Below the pieces are notes generated by a model. That model was given only the letters and a program-made list of their open reading frames with translations. It did no database searches and had not been told where the DNA came from. From positions 1-25,927 of the IMG/VR virus record IMGVR_UViG_3300031990_000028: a stretch of 25,927 nt of DNA. One strand, 5' to 3'. Of this stretch, positions 8,279 to 16,261 are shown in pieces. Every line of letters starts with the position of its first letter. Position 1 is the first letter of the stretch. This stretch comes from a virus. Its lineage: Duplodnaviria > Caudoviricetes. Both the position numbers and the translations under genes were made by a program.

Positions 8279-8824
8279 ATGCCCCGGCGCAGCAAGGTGG
8301 AGGCGCTGCCGGCACCGCTCCGCGCCGAGCTGGAGCGGCTGCTGACCGATCGTACGCACGGCGGCTATCTGGCGCTCGCCGCCTGGCTGAAGGCGCAGGG
8401 CTACGAGATCAGCCACGCCGCCGTGCACCGCCACGATCAGCGGATCCAGCGCACCATGAACGCCATCCGGGCCAGCGCCGAGGCGGCGCGGCTGCTCGCC
8501 CAGGCCGCACCCGACGAGGCCGACGAGCACTCGGCGGCGGTGATCAGGCTGGTGCAGTCGAGCCTGTTCGACGCCATGCTGAAGGTGCGCGAGGCCGAGG
8601 ACACAGATCCCGCCAAACAGGTGCAGCTCCTGGCCGCGGCGGCGCGCGCGGTGGCCGATGCCTCACGCGCCAGCATCGGCCAGAAGCGCTGGGCGGACAC
8701 GGTCAAGAGCCGGCTGGAAGACCTCGAGCGCAGCGCGGCGAAGAGCGGCCGGCGGCTGGACGCCGAGACGCTGACCGCCATCCGCGAGGGGCTGTACGGC
8801 GACGGCTGGTTCCCGGCCGTATGA
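8279..8824 (+). CDS. Mu gp27/DUF3486 family, putative terminase small subunit
   Basis: MPRRSKVEALP...WLKAQGYEISHAAVHR...IREGLYG; stop overlaps large terminase ATG. Confidence 0.9.
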   Translation: MPRRSKVEALPAPLRAELERLLTDRTHGGYLALAAWLKAQGYEISHAAVHRHDQRIQRTMNAIRASAEAARLLAQAAPDEADEHSAAVIRLVQSSLFDAMLKVREAEDTDPAKQVQLLAAAARAVADASRASIGQKRWADTVKSRLEDLERSAAKSGRRLDAETLTAIREGLYGDGWFPAV

Positions 8825-10146
8825 GCGCGCCCGTCCTCTACCCCTATCAGCGCCGCTACCTGGCCGATCAGAGCCGCTGGAAGGCGGCCTGCTGGAGTCG
8901 CCAGAGCGGCAAGACCTTCACCACCGCGCTCGAGGCCGTGCTCGACGTGCTCGACGCCGAGGCGAGCGGGCGGATCGCGCGCTGGACCATCCTGTCGGTG
9001 GCACGGGATCGGGCGCTCGACGCCATGGACAACGGCGTCAAGCTGCACCTGCGCGCCATCGGCGCGGCCTTCGAGGCGCTCGAGCAGCCCTTCGGGGCCG
9101 AGGAGCTGGCGCATATGGTGCGACTGCCGGGAGGCAGCTACATCCGCGCCATCGCCGCCCAGCCGCACACCGCCCGCGGCATGAGCGACAACCTGATCCT
9201 GGACGAGTTCGCGCACCACCAGGACAACCGCGCGCTGTGGCGCGCGCTGGTGCCGGTGGTGTCGCGGCGCGATCTCAGGCTGCGCCTCATCAGCACGCCG
9301 AACGGCTGTGGCGACATGTTCCACGAGGTGATGAGCACGGGCCTGGGCGGCCTCTTCAGCCGCCACGTGGTGACCATCCACGACGCGGTGGCCGACGGCC
9401 TGCCGCGCGACATCGACGAGCTGAAGCGCGCCAGCGCCGATCCCGACACCTGGGCGCAGGAGTTCGAGTGCGCGTTCCTGGACCGCGCCGGGCGCGAGTG
9501 GCTGACCTGGGACGACATCGCCCCGGCCCTCGAAGCCCCGCCGCTGGCCGAGTACACGGGCGCACCGGTGTTCGTCGGCATGGATATCGCGGCGCGCGGG
9601 GATCTGACCGTGATCGCGGCTCTGGAGGCCGACGGCAGCCAGCACCTGGGCTTGCGTGAGCTCACGGTGCTGCGCGGACAGTCCTTCGCGGCGCAACTGG
9701 CCGAGCTTGATCGGGTGATGCGCGGCTACCGCGTGATCCGCGTCGCCATCGACCAGACCGGCCTCGGCGAGATGCCGGTCGAGGAGGCCCGCCGCCGGCA
9801 CGGCCACTACCGGGTGGCCGGCGTGCTGTTCACCGCCGCGCGCAAGCTCGAGCTCGCCACCGCCCTCAAGCAGCGGCTGCAGGATCGCCGGCTCGCCCTG
9901 CCGATGGCCGCCGCGGCACGCGCCGCCCTTACTGACGATCTGCGCGCGGTGCGCATGGAGCCGGGGGCCGGCGGCGTGCCCCGGCTGGCCGCGCCGCGCG
10001 GGGCCGATGGCCACGCAGATCGCTTCTGGGCGCTGGCGCTGGCCTGCGCCGCGGCCGGCGACGGCGTGCCCGTGTACGACTACCAACCGCTGGCACGGCG
10101 CCGCCACGCGGCGGACGCGGAGGCCCCATGGCACGCGCTGAGCTGA
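8821..10146 (+). CDS. terL: Terminase large subunit (Mu gp28-like)
   Basis: LYPYQ, Walker A SRQSGKT, Walker B LILDEFA, ISTPNG, nuclease motifs GMDIA, IDQTGLG, GHADRFWALALA. Confidence 0.96.
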   Translation: MSAPVLYPYQRRYLADQSRWKAACWSRQSGKTFTTALEAVLDVLDAEASGRIARWTILSVARDRALDAMDNGVKLHLRAIGAAFEALEQPFGAEELAHMVRLPGGSYIRAIAAQPHTARGMSDNLILDEFAHHQDNRALWRALVPVVSRRDLRLRLISTPNGCGDMFHEVMSTGLGGLFSRHVVTIHDAVADGLPRDIDELKRASADPDTWAQEFECAFLDRAGREWLTWDDIAPALEAPPLAEYTGAPVFVGMDIAARGDLTVIAALEADGSQHLGLRELTVLRGQSFAAQLAELDRVMRGYRVIRVAIDQTGLGEMPVEEARRRHGHYRVAGVLFTAARKLELATALKQRLQDRRLALPMAAAARAALTDDLRAVRMEPGAGGVPRLAAPRGADGHADRFWALALACAAAGDGVPVYDYQPLARRRHAADAEAPWHALS

Positions 10147-11723
10147 GCCGCGAGATCGCCACGCCCACGGTGGGTGGCCCACGTGCGGCCACCGCCTGGC
10201 GGCCACTGGCGAGCCTGACCCCGGCCCGGGTGGCGCAGATCCTGCGCCGCGCGCTCAGCGGCGACGCGCGCGACTTCCTGCTCGCCGCCGACGAGGTGGC
10301 CGACAAAGATCTGCACTACCGCGCGGTGCTCGCCACCCGCCAGCTCGCCGTGGCCGCGCTGCCGCTGGAGGTGGCCGCAGGCGACGAGAGCGCCGCCGCG
10401 CACGCGGCCGCCGAGCTGGTGCGCGGTGCCTTCGACCGGCTGCCGATCGCCGAGATCATCAGCCACCTGATGGACGCCGTGGCCAAGGGCTACGCGGTCA
10501 GCGAAATCCTGTGGGACACGCAGACGAGCCCCTGGCTGCCGCGCGCCGTGCGGGCACGGCCGGCCCACTGGTTCCGCTGGGATGCGCACGCGGGTGCACT
10601 GCGCCTGCTCTCCGAGGCCGCGCCGCAGCAGGGTGAGCCGCTGGCGGAGAGCCGCTTTGTGGTGCACCAGGTGGCCGCGCGCGACACGCCGCTGGCGGCG
10701 GCGCTGGCGCGACCGGTGCTGTGGGCCTGGGTGATCAAGAGCTATGCACTGCGCGACTGGGCGCGCTTCCTGGAGATGTACGGGCAGCCGCTCCGGGTCG
10801 GCAAGTACGACGCCGGCGCGAGTCCGCAGGATGTGGACGTGCTCAAGGAGGCGGTGCTCGGCCTCGGGGCCGACGCCGCGGCGGTGATCCCGGCCGGCAT
10901 GATGATCGAGCTGGTGGAGGCGGCCGGCAAGGGTGCCTCGGGTGATCTGTACCAGCGGCTGCTGGAATACCTCGATCGCGCGGTCAGCAAGGCGGTGCTC
11001 GGGCAGACCCTCACCACCGATCAGGGGGCCTCCGGCAGCCTCGCGCAGGCCCGGGTGCACGAGGAGGTGCGACGCGATCTGCTGCGGGCGGACGCGACCG
11101 CGCTCGCCGCCACGCTGACGCGCGATCTGGTGGCCCCCCTCGTGCGGCTCAACCTGGGCGATGCGGCACCCCTGCCGGTGCTGACGCTGCGCGTCGATGA
11201 GCCCGAGGACTTGCAGGCACTGGCCGAGCAGATCGAGCGGCTGGTCAAGCTCGGCCTGCCGGTGCCGCAGGCCTGGGCGCGCGCCAAGTGGGGGATCCCG
11301 GAGCCCGATGGGGCCGAGCCGCTGTTGCGCGCGCCAGCCGCAGGCCCGATCGCGGGCATGGCCGGGCGCGTCGCGGGCACGCCGATGCGGGGATTGCAGG
11401 CGACGCAAAACAGCGCCACGCCCGACTTCGAGGCCCTGCCGCGCGCCGACGCCCTCGACGCCCTGGTGGACGAGGCCATGGCGGGCTGGCGCCAGCAGAT
11501 GGGGCCGGTGGTCGCGCCCCTCGAGGCCCTGTTTGCGCGCGCCGAGCGCGAGGGCTGGAGCGCCGAGGAGCTCATCGATGCGCTCGCACCCACCCTCGCC
11601 GAGCCACACGAGGCGGCACTCAACGAGGCGCTGGCGCGAGCGGCCTTCGCGGCGCGCCTGGCCGGCGTGCACGGGCGCGAGGAGCTCGCCGAGGCCCCCG
11701 AGGACGGCGGCGATGGCGGATGA
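10128..11723 (+). CDS. Portal protein (Mu gp29/DUF935)
   Basis: DAVAKGYAVSEILW, WARFLEMYGQPLRVGKY, SKAVLGQTLTT, SLAQARVHEEVR motifs. Confidence 0.96.
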   Translation: MARAELSREIATPTVGGPRAATAWRPLASLTPARVAQILRRALSGDARDFLLAADEVADKDLHYRAVLATRQLAVAALPLEVAAGDESAAAHAAAELVRGAFDRLPIAEIISHLMDAVAKGYAVSEILWDTQTSPWLPRAVRARPAHWFRWDAHAGALRLLSEAAPQQGEPLAESRFVVHQVAARDTPLAAALARPVLWAWVIKSYALRDWARFLEMYGQPLRVGKYDAGASPQDVDVLKEAVLGLGADAAAVIPAGMMIELVEAAGKGASGDLYQRLLEYLDRAVSKAVLGQTLTTDQGASGSLAQARVHEEVRRDLLRADATALAATLTRDLVAPLVRLNLGDAAPLPVLTLRVDEPEDLQALAEQIERLVKLGLPVPQAWARAKWGIPEPDGAEPLLRAPAAGPIAGMAGRVAGTPMRGLQATQNSATPDFEALPRADALDALVDEAMAGWRQQMGPVVAPLEALFARAEREGWSAEELIDALAPTLAEPHEAALNEALARAAFAARLAGVHGREELAEAPEDGGDGG

Positions 11724-11922
11724 CGCCGACCGTGCCGAGGAGATCATGGCGCTGCATCTGCGACTGGCCCTTCAGGCCGCCTGGCGCCGATCGGCCGATC
11801 TGCCGAGCCACGGGATGGGCCACTGCCTGTGGTGCGCGGCACCGCTGGCCGCGCCGCGCCGCTGGTGCGACGCCGGCTGCCGCGACGACTTCGAGGCCGA
11901 CCGCCGGCCGCCTGGCCCCTGA
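11713..11922 (+). CDS. TraR/DksA-like C4 zinc-finger protein (69 aa)
   Basis: N-terminus MADDADRA (D3, D6, A8 as in TraR), CLWC...CDAGC; start overlaps portal end. Confidence 0.78.
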   Translation: MADDADRAEEIMALHLRLALQAAWRRSADLPSHGMGHCLWCAAPLAAPRRWCDAGCRDDFEADRRPPGP

Positions 11923-11940
11923 TCGATGACGGAGAGCCCC

Positions 11941-12105
11941 ATGCCCGAGAGCCCACTGCCTGCCACTGCGCCGATCTGGCTTGAGATCGAGGACGTGCAG
12001 ACCGTCATCGCCACGCCGCTCGTCGTCGATGACGTGCAGCGCGTGACCGCCACACCCCCCCAGCCCCCCGCGACCCACGAGGAGATCTCCGATGCCCCGA
12101 CGTAA
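11941..12105 (+). CDS. Small hypothetical protein (54 aa)
   Basis: GGAGA SD then ATG; MPESPLPATAPIWLEIEDVQTVIATPLVVDDVQRVT...; fills the gap between neighbours; below the ORF-track cutoff. Confidence 0.5.
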   Translation: MPESPLPATAPIWLEIEDVQTVIATPLVVDDVQRVTATPPQPPATHEEISDAPT

Positions 12106-12667
12106 CGGCCCCCTGGTGCTCGACCAGGCGCTCAACTGGATCCGCAACCACGCCAGCCAGCAGATCGCGCTCGCCGGCGAGCCCACCACCGCCTACGAGG
12201 GCTGCGATCCGAACGTGTGGGTCGCCAGCACGGCCTACGCGGTAGGCAGCGCGGTGCGCCCGACCGTGCGCAACGGCTTCGCCTACGAGGTGACCACGGC
12301 CGGCAGCACCGCGGCCACGGAGCCGACCTGGCCGACCACGGCCGGGGCCACGGTGGTGAACGGCGGCGTGACCTTCACCTGCCGCGTCAACCGCGCCCTC
12401 TGCACGGCCGCCATGGCCCCCGGTGATTACACGCTGGCCAACGGCCTCGGCCCCGGCAACATCCCGCGCCGGGTCATTTTGGCGGCGCGTAGCGCCATCC
12501 CGGTGTTCCGGACCGGCAGTGCCGATCACGTCGGCCTGATGCGCCCGGGCACCCCCAGCACGCCGCCGGAGCTGTTCCAGGTCACGGTCTGCGCGGCGCA
12601 GCCCCTGACCGACGGCAACCAGGTCAGCTTCCCGGCCTGGAACATCGAATTTTCGGCCCCGACCTGA
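12092..12667 (+). CDS. Putative virion structural protein with inserted carbohydrate-binding-like module
   Basis: GAGGAG SD; beta-rich, Thr/Ala/Gly-rich; internal WVASTAYAVG...NGFAYEVTTAG...EPTWPTT...GGVTF module; ends FPAWNIEFSAPT. Confidence 0.75.
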   Translation: MPRRNGPLVLDQALNWIRNHASQQIALAGEPTTAYEGCDPNVWVASTAYAVGSAVRPTVRNGFAYEVTTAGSTAATEPTWPTTAGATVVNGGVTFTCRVNRALCTAAMAPGDYTLANGLGPGNIPRRVILAARSAIPVFRTGSADHVGLMRPGTPSTPPELFQVTVCAAQPLTDGNQVSFPAWNIEFSAPT

Positions 12668-12677
12668 GGATCCCCCG

Positions 12678-13127
12678 ATGAGCAGCCCCGCACTCAGCCT
12701 CGATGAGGTGCGCGCGCACGCGGCCGACGCCACGCTCGCTACCGCCCTGGCCCTTGGCGACGATGTCGCCGCGGCCGCCCGGCTCAACACCCTGCTGCCC
12801 CCCACCCTCGCGGTGGTGCCGATCTGGAAACTGGCCGCGTGGGCGGCCGGCACCGGGCTACGCGGCCGCTTGCAGGTGACGGCGGACAACCTGGCCGATC
12901 CGCTGCGCAGCCTGGCGCTGGCGGCACTCGATCTCCTGCGTGGGGGTGTTGCGCAGGGCCTCGATCTGGAGGCGCACGCGAGCCTGCTCGACGCCCTGCA
13001 CGCCGGGGGCCTCGTCACGGCCGAGCAGCTCGGGCAACTGACGGCGCTGGCCCGCCAGCCGCGCCAGGTGACGAGTAACGACGTGGCCCGCGTGGTGCGC
13101 GACGGCACGGGGAGGGGCCTGCTATGA
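12678..13127 (+). CDS. Hypothetical alpha-helical protein in fibre module (149 aa)
   Basis: GAGGA SD, ATGA coupling to next gene, Leu/Ala-rich. Confidence 0.75.
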   Translation: MSSPALSLDEVRAHAADATLATALALGDDVAAAARLNTLLPPTLAVVPIWKLAAWAAGTGLRGRLQVTADNLADPLRSLALAALDLLRGGVAQGLDLEAHASLLDALHAGGLVTAEQLGQLTALARQPRQVTSNDVARVVRDGTGRGLL

Positions 13128-13564
13128 GCAACAATGCGGTGGTGAGATTCGGCACAACGCAGACACTGGTGGCGTCCGGTGCGGCGCTGGCCAACAACAC
13201 GATGAGCGCGGCGAGTGCGGCCTACGATCTGCGCACGGCGGGCGGCGGTTTTCCCGACGGCGACCTCGTGGCCACGCTGACCTTCGCCGTTGCGCCGACG
13301 CTGAACAGCACGGTGGACGTGTTCGCGCGCGAGCTGGACATCGACGGCACGCTCGATGCGCAGGTGCCGACGACTACGTTCCGGCAGCGCTACGTGGGGT
13401 CCTTCGTGGTCAACAACGTCGCGACCGCGCAGACGCTGCTGCTGCGCGCGAACGACTTGCCCACTCACGCCGAGTACCACCTACACAACAACGCCACCGG
13501 GCAGCAGATCAGCGCCGGTTGGACGCTGCGCCTGACCCCGCGCACCCTCGGCCCGGCCGTCTAA
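13124..13564 (+). CDS. Putative beta-sandwich virion protein (146 aa)
   Basis: Alternating beta patterns (LVATLTF, TVDVFARE, YVGSFVV, WTLRLTP); precedes the fibre gene. Confidence 0.75.
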   Translation: MSNNAVVRFGTTQTLVASGAALANNTMSAASAAYDLRTAGGGFPDGDLVATLTFAVAPTLNSTVDVFARELDIDGTLDAQVPTTTFRQRYVGSFVVNNVATAQTLLLRANDLPTHAEYHLHNNATGQQISAGWTLRLTPRTLGPAV

Positions 13565-13573
13565 GGGCCTAAA

Positions 13574-15946
13574 GTGTCGCTGCTGGTCCTGCCTGAGCGG
13601 CGCATCCTCCAGCCGCAAAGGCCGACGCCGCACGTCCTGCCCCCGGGGTCCCTCGTCTGGCAATTCGGCGAGGGGGCGGTCCGCGAGGCCCGGACCAGCG
13701 AGGTCGGGATCATCACCGGCGACGCCGAGATCGTGCCGGCCTTCGGCGGGCGCGCGATCCGGCACAACACCGTTGCCTCTCGGACGCAGTTGCTCGCGAC
13801 CGACGCGCAGGTGCCGACCGGCCCCTGTACGTTGCTGCTCGTCCACCGCAAGACCGACGCCGTGGTGCGCTGGGGTGGCGTGGCCAGCGTCGGCGCGGCG
13901 GCGACTTCTGCGCGGTGCAACGTCGCGATCCCGTTTGGCGACGGCTGGGTGTACTGGTGGCGTAACGGCACGCTGGCGCTGGGCGGTCAGCCGATCCACC
14001 CGTCGGCGTGGGCGTTCACTGCCGGGGCGCGCGGGATGGAGATGTGGCGCGACGGCAGGCGGATCGCGTCCAACGCGATCACCGCCGACCGCGTGCCGCT
14101 CGGATGGGCACCGTATGAACTCAACCGACTCGAAGGCAGTGCCAACTCCGGCGACCTGACCGAGATCCCGCTGTTCGTTCTTGTCCCCGCGCAGATGCCG
14201 GAGGCGTGGATCGAGCGCCACACGCGGAGCCTCGATGCGCCGTGGCAGATCTTCGAGCGTAAGCGCGAGGTCGTCTTCCGGGCGGCCGCGGTGGTGGTGC
14301 CGACGCTGACGCCGGCGGACCTCGCGCTTGGGCAGACGCTCGATGCGCTGGCCCTTGCTGTGGGCGTGACGCTGGCTCCGGCCGACAGCACGCACGCGCA
14401 GGTGCTGGATGCGCTGGCACTGACGCAGACGCATGTACTGGCACCGGCGGACCTCGCGCATGGGCAGGTGCTGGATGCGGTCAGTCTCACCCAGACGCAT
14501 GCGCTGGTGCCCGCGGACCTCGCGCATGGGCAGGCGCTCGATGCGCTGACACTTGCGGTGGGCGTGACGCTGGCACCGGCCGACCTCGCGCATGGGCAGG
14601 TGCTGGATGCGGTCAGTCTCACGCAGACGCATGCGCTGGCACCGTCGGACAGCACGCATGCGCAGACGCTCGATGCGGTCACATTGAGCGTGCCGGGCGC
14701 GGCCAGCGCGGGTGTGCTCATCGTGCCGCGCGCACACGCCGAGCCGCCCGCGCAACCCACGCGGGTTGCGCTGCCGGCCAGGTCGTGGATCTGGGTCCCG
14801 CGCGCCGGCGGGGTGCGCGAGGAGCGGACCGGACTGGACGCGCGATTCACTGGCCAGGCCGGCCTCGTGCACCGGGGGCGCGACTACGCGGTCCGCCACG
14901 CCGATCCGACGGCGCATACCGAGCTGTGGCCAGACGACTCGATCCTGCCGACGCGCGGCATCACGCTCCTGATCGATTTTGCCAAGACGGGCGGGCCGCC
15001 GATCAATGCCGCGGTCATCGGGCAGGCGGCGCATGATGGCCAGGCCTCCGAGGTGTCGGTCGTCCTGATTGCCTCTATCAATGCTCTAAGTTGGTGTTAC
15101 GGCAGCGCGCTCGACGTCGCCAACCCGGACCTCAGCCGCGCGGTGTGGGCGTTCACACACGGCGTGCGTGGGTTGGAGATCTGGCGCGACGGTGTGCGCC
15201 TCGCGCACACCCCCGGCAATGCCACGCGGAGCCGGTTCGCGACGCCGCTGTTCCTCAACCGGGGCGCGACGGTCACGACCGGCGATCACACCGAGGTCGG
15301 TCTGGTCGCGATCATCGAGCAGCAGATGCCGGAGGCGTGGATTGAGCAGCACACCCGGGGTCTCGATGCGCCGTGGCAGATCTTCGAGCGTAAGCGCGAG
15401 GTCGTCTTCCGGGCGGCCGCGGTGGTGGTGCCGACGTTGGCGCCGGCGGACCTCGCGCATGGGCAGGTGCTGGATGCACTGGCGCTGACGCAGCTTCAGA
15501 GCCTCGCGCCCGCGTCCAGCACGCACGCGCAGGCGCTCGATGCGGTCAGTCTCACGCAGACGCATGCGCTGGCCCCGGCGGACCTTGCGCATGGGCAGAC
15601 GCTCGATGCGCTGACACTTGCTGTGGGCGTGACGCTGACACCCGCCGACCTTGCGCATGGGCAGACGCTCGATGCGCTGGCACTGACGCAGACGCATGTG
15701 CTGACGCCGGCGGACAACACGCACGCGCAGGCGCTCGATGCGGTCAGTCTCACGCAGACGCATGCGCTGGCACCGGCCGACCTCGCGCATGGGCAGACGC
15801 TCGATGGGCTGGCGCTGACGCTGCCTGGCCCGCCGGGCGCGCGCATCGACCACGTCGAGTTCACCCTGTCGCAGCGATCCATCGAGTTCACCCTGTCGCA
15901 GCGATCCATCGAGTTCACGCTGTCGCAGCGAGGAGGCAAGTCATGA
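13574..15946 (+). CDS. Putative fibre/spike adhesin: two LamG/ConA-like domains each followed by six 22-aa repeats
   Basis: WAFTAGARGMEMWRDG and WAFTHGVRGLEIWRDG in two homologous halves 377 aa apart; LAPADLAHGQxLDAxxLTQTHx repeats; C-terminal IEFTLSQRS x3. Confidence 0.8.
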   Translation: MSLLVLPERRILQPQRPTPHVLPPGSLVWQFGEGAVREARTSEVGIITGDAEIVPAFGGRAIRHNTVASRTQLLATDAQVPTGPCTLLLVHRKTDAVVRWGGVASVGAAATSARCNVAIPFGDGWVYWWRNGTLALGGQPIHPSAWAFTAGARGMEMWRDGRRIASNAITADRVPLGWAPYELNRLEGSANSGDLTEIPLFVLVPAQMPEAWIERHTRSLDAPWQIFERKREVVFRAAAVVVPTLTPADLALGQTLDALALAVGVTLAPADSTHAQVLDALALTQTHVLAPADLAHGQVLDAVSLTQTHALVPADLAHGQALDALTLAVGVTLAPADLAHGQVLDAVSLTQTHALAPSDSTHAQTLDAVTLSVPGAASAGVLIVPRAHAEPPAQPTRVALPARSWIWVPRAGGVREERTGLDARFTGQAGLVHRGRDYAVRHADPTAHTELWPDDSILPTRGITLLIDFAKTGGPPINAAVIGQAAHDGQASEVSVVLIASINALSWCYGSALDVANPDLSRAVWAFTHGVRGLEIWRDGVRLAHTPGNATRSRFATPLFLNRGATVTTGDHTEVGLVAIIEQQMPEAWIEQHTRGLDAPWQIFERKREVVFRAAAVVVPTLAPADLAHGQVLDALALTQLQSLAPASSTHAQALDAVSLTQTHALAPADLAHGQTLDALTLAVGVTLTPADLAHGQTLDALALTQTHVLTPADNTHAQALDAVSLTQTHALAPADLAHGQTLDGLALTLPGPPGARIDHVEFTLSQRSIEFTLSQRSIEFTLSQRGGKS
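14231..14305 (+). repeat. 75-bp perfect direct repeat (second copy 15362-15436)
   Basis: CTCGATGCGCCGTGGCAGATC...GTGGTGGTGCCGACG identical in both copies; similarity extends about 40 bp upstream with a few mismatches. Confidence 0.95.
14306..14701 (+). repeat. 66-bp (22-aa) coding tandem repeat, ~6 copies, array 1
   Basis: LTPADLALGQTLDALALAVGVT / LAPADSTHAQVLDALALTQTHV / LAPADLAHGQVLDAVSLTQTHA and so on. Confidence 0.93.
15437..15832 (+). repeat. 66-bp (22-aa) coding tandem repeat, ~6 copies, array 2
   Basis: Same unit as array 1, 1131 bp downstream. Confidence 0.93.
15855..15931 (+). repeat. 27-bp tandem repeat, ~2.9 copies
   Basis: TCGAGTTCACCCTGTCGCAGCGATCCA x2 plus a 23-nt third copy with one substitution. 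Confidence 0.95.
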
Positions 15947-16257
15947 GCCGAGTCAACGAGCGATCCACGGCCTGGGTGGAGGTCCGCCTCCGTGGGCGCG
16001 CTGACGATCCGGTGACCCCGGCCACGCTGAGCTACCAGATCGACTGCCTGACCAGCCGCACCGCGATCCGCCCGCCCACGGCGCTGCCGCCGGGCAGCAT
16101 GGTCGAGATCCGGCTGACACCCACCGACAACCGCATCGTCACGGCCGATCACGCGCACGAGATCCGCCAGATGACGGTGGTTGCGACCTTCGGTGCCGAA
16201 GATCAGCAGACCGCCGTGTTCACCTGGCAAGTGATGAATCTGGTCGGGCTGAGCTGA
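15943..16257 (+). CDS. Small Ig-like/adaptor-like beta protein (104 aa)
   Basis: GAGGAGG SD, ATGA coupling to fibre gene; all-beta pattern (AWVEVRL, LSYQID, VEIRLTP, MTVVATF, FTWQV). Confidence 0.75.
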   Translation: MSRVNERSTAWVEVRLRGRADDPVTPATLSYQIDCLTSRTAIRPPTALPPGSMVEIRLTPTDNRIVTADHAHEIRQMTVVATFGAEDQQTAVFTWQVMNLVGLS

Positions 16258-16261
16258 GGCC

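Noticed and set aside
8271-8283. Identical junction words CTGAGGCCATGCC (8271, 16254) and CCTGAGGATCCC (12663, 20822) as recombination sites
   Set aside because: Explained by stop codon plus SD plus start constraints; they do not bracket the inserted cassette as a target duplication.
14191-15436. Diversity-generating retroelement TR/VR pair
   Set aside because: Both copies are inside one ORF, mismatches are not adenine-specific, and no reverse transcriptase is in the window.
15855-15931. CRISPR-like 27-bp repeats
   Set aside because: Head-to-tail with no spacers, in-frame coding, no cas genes.
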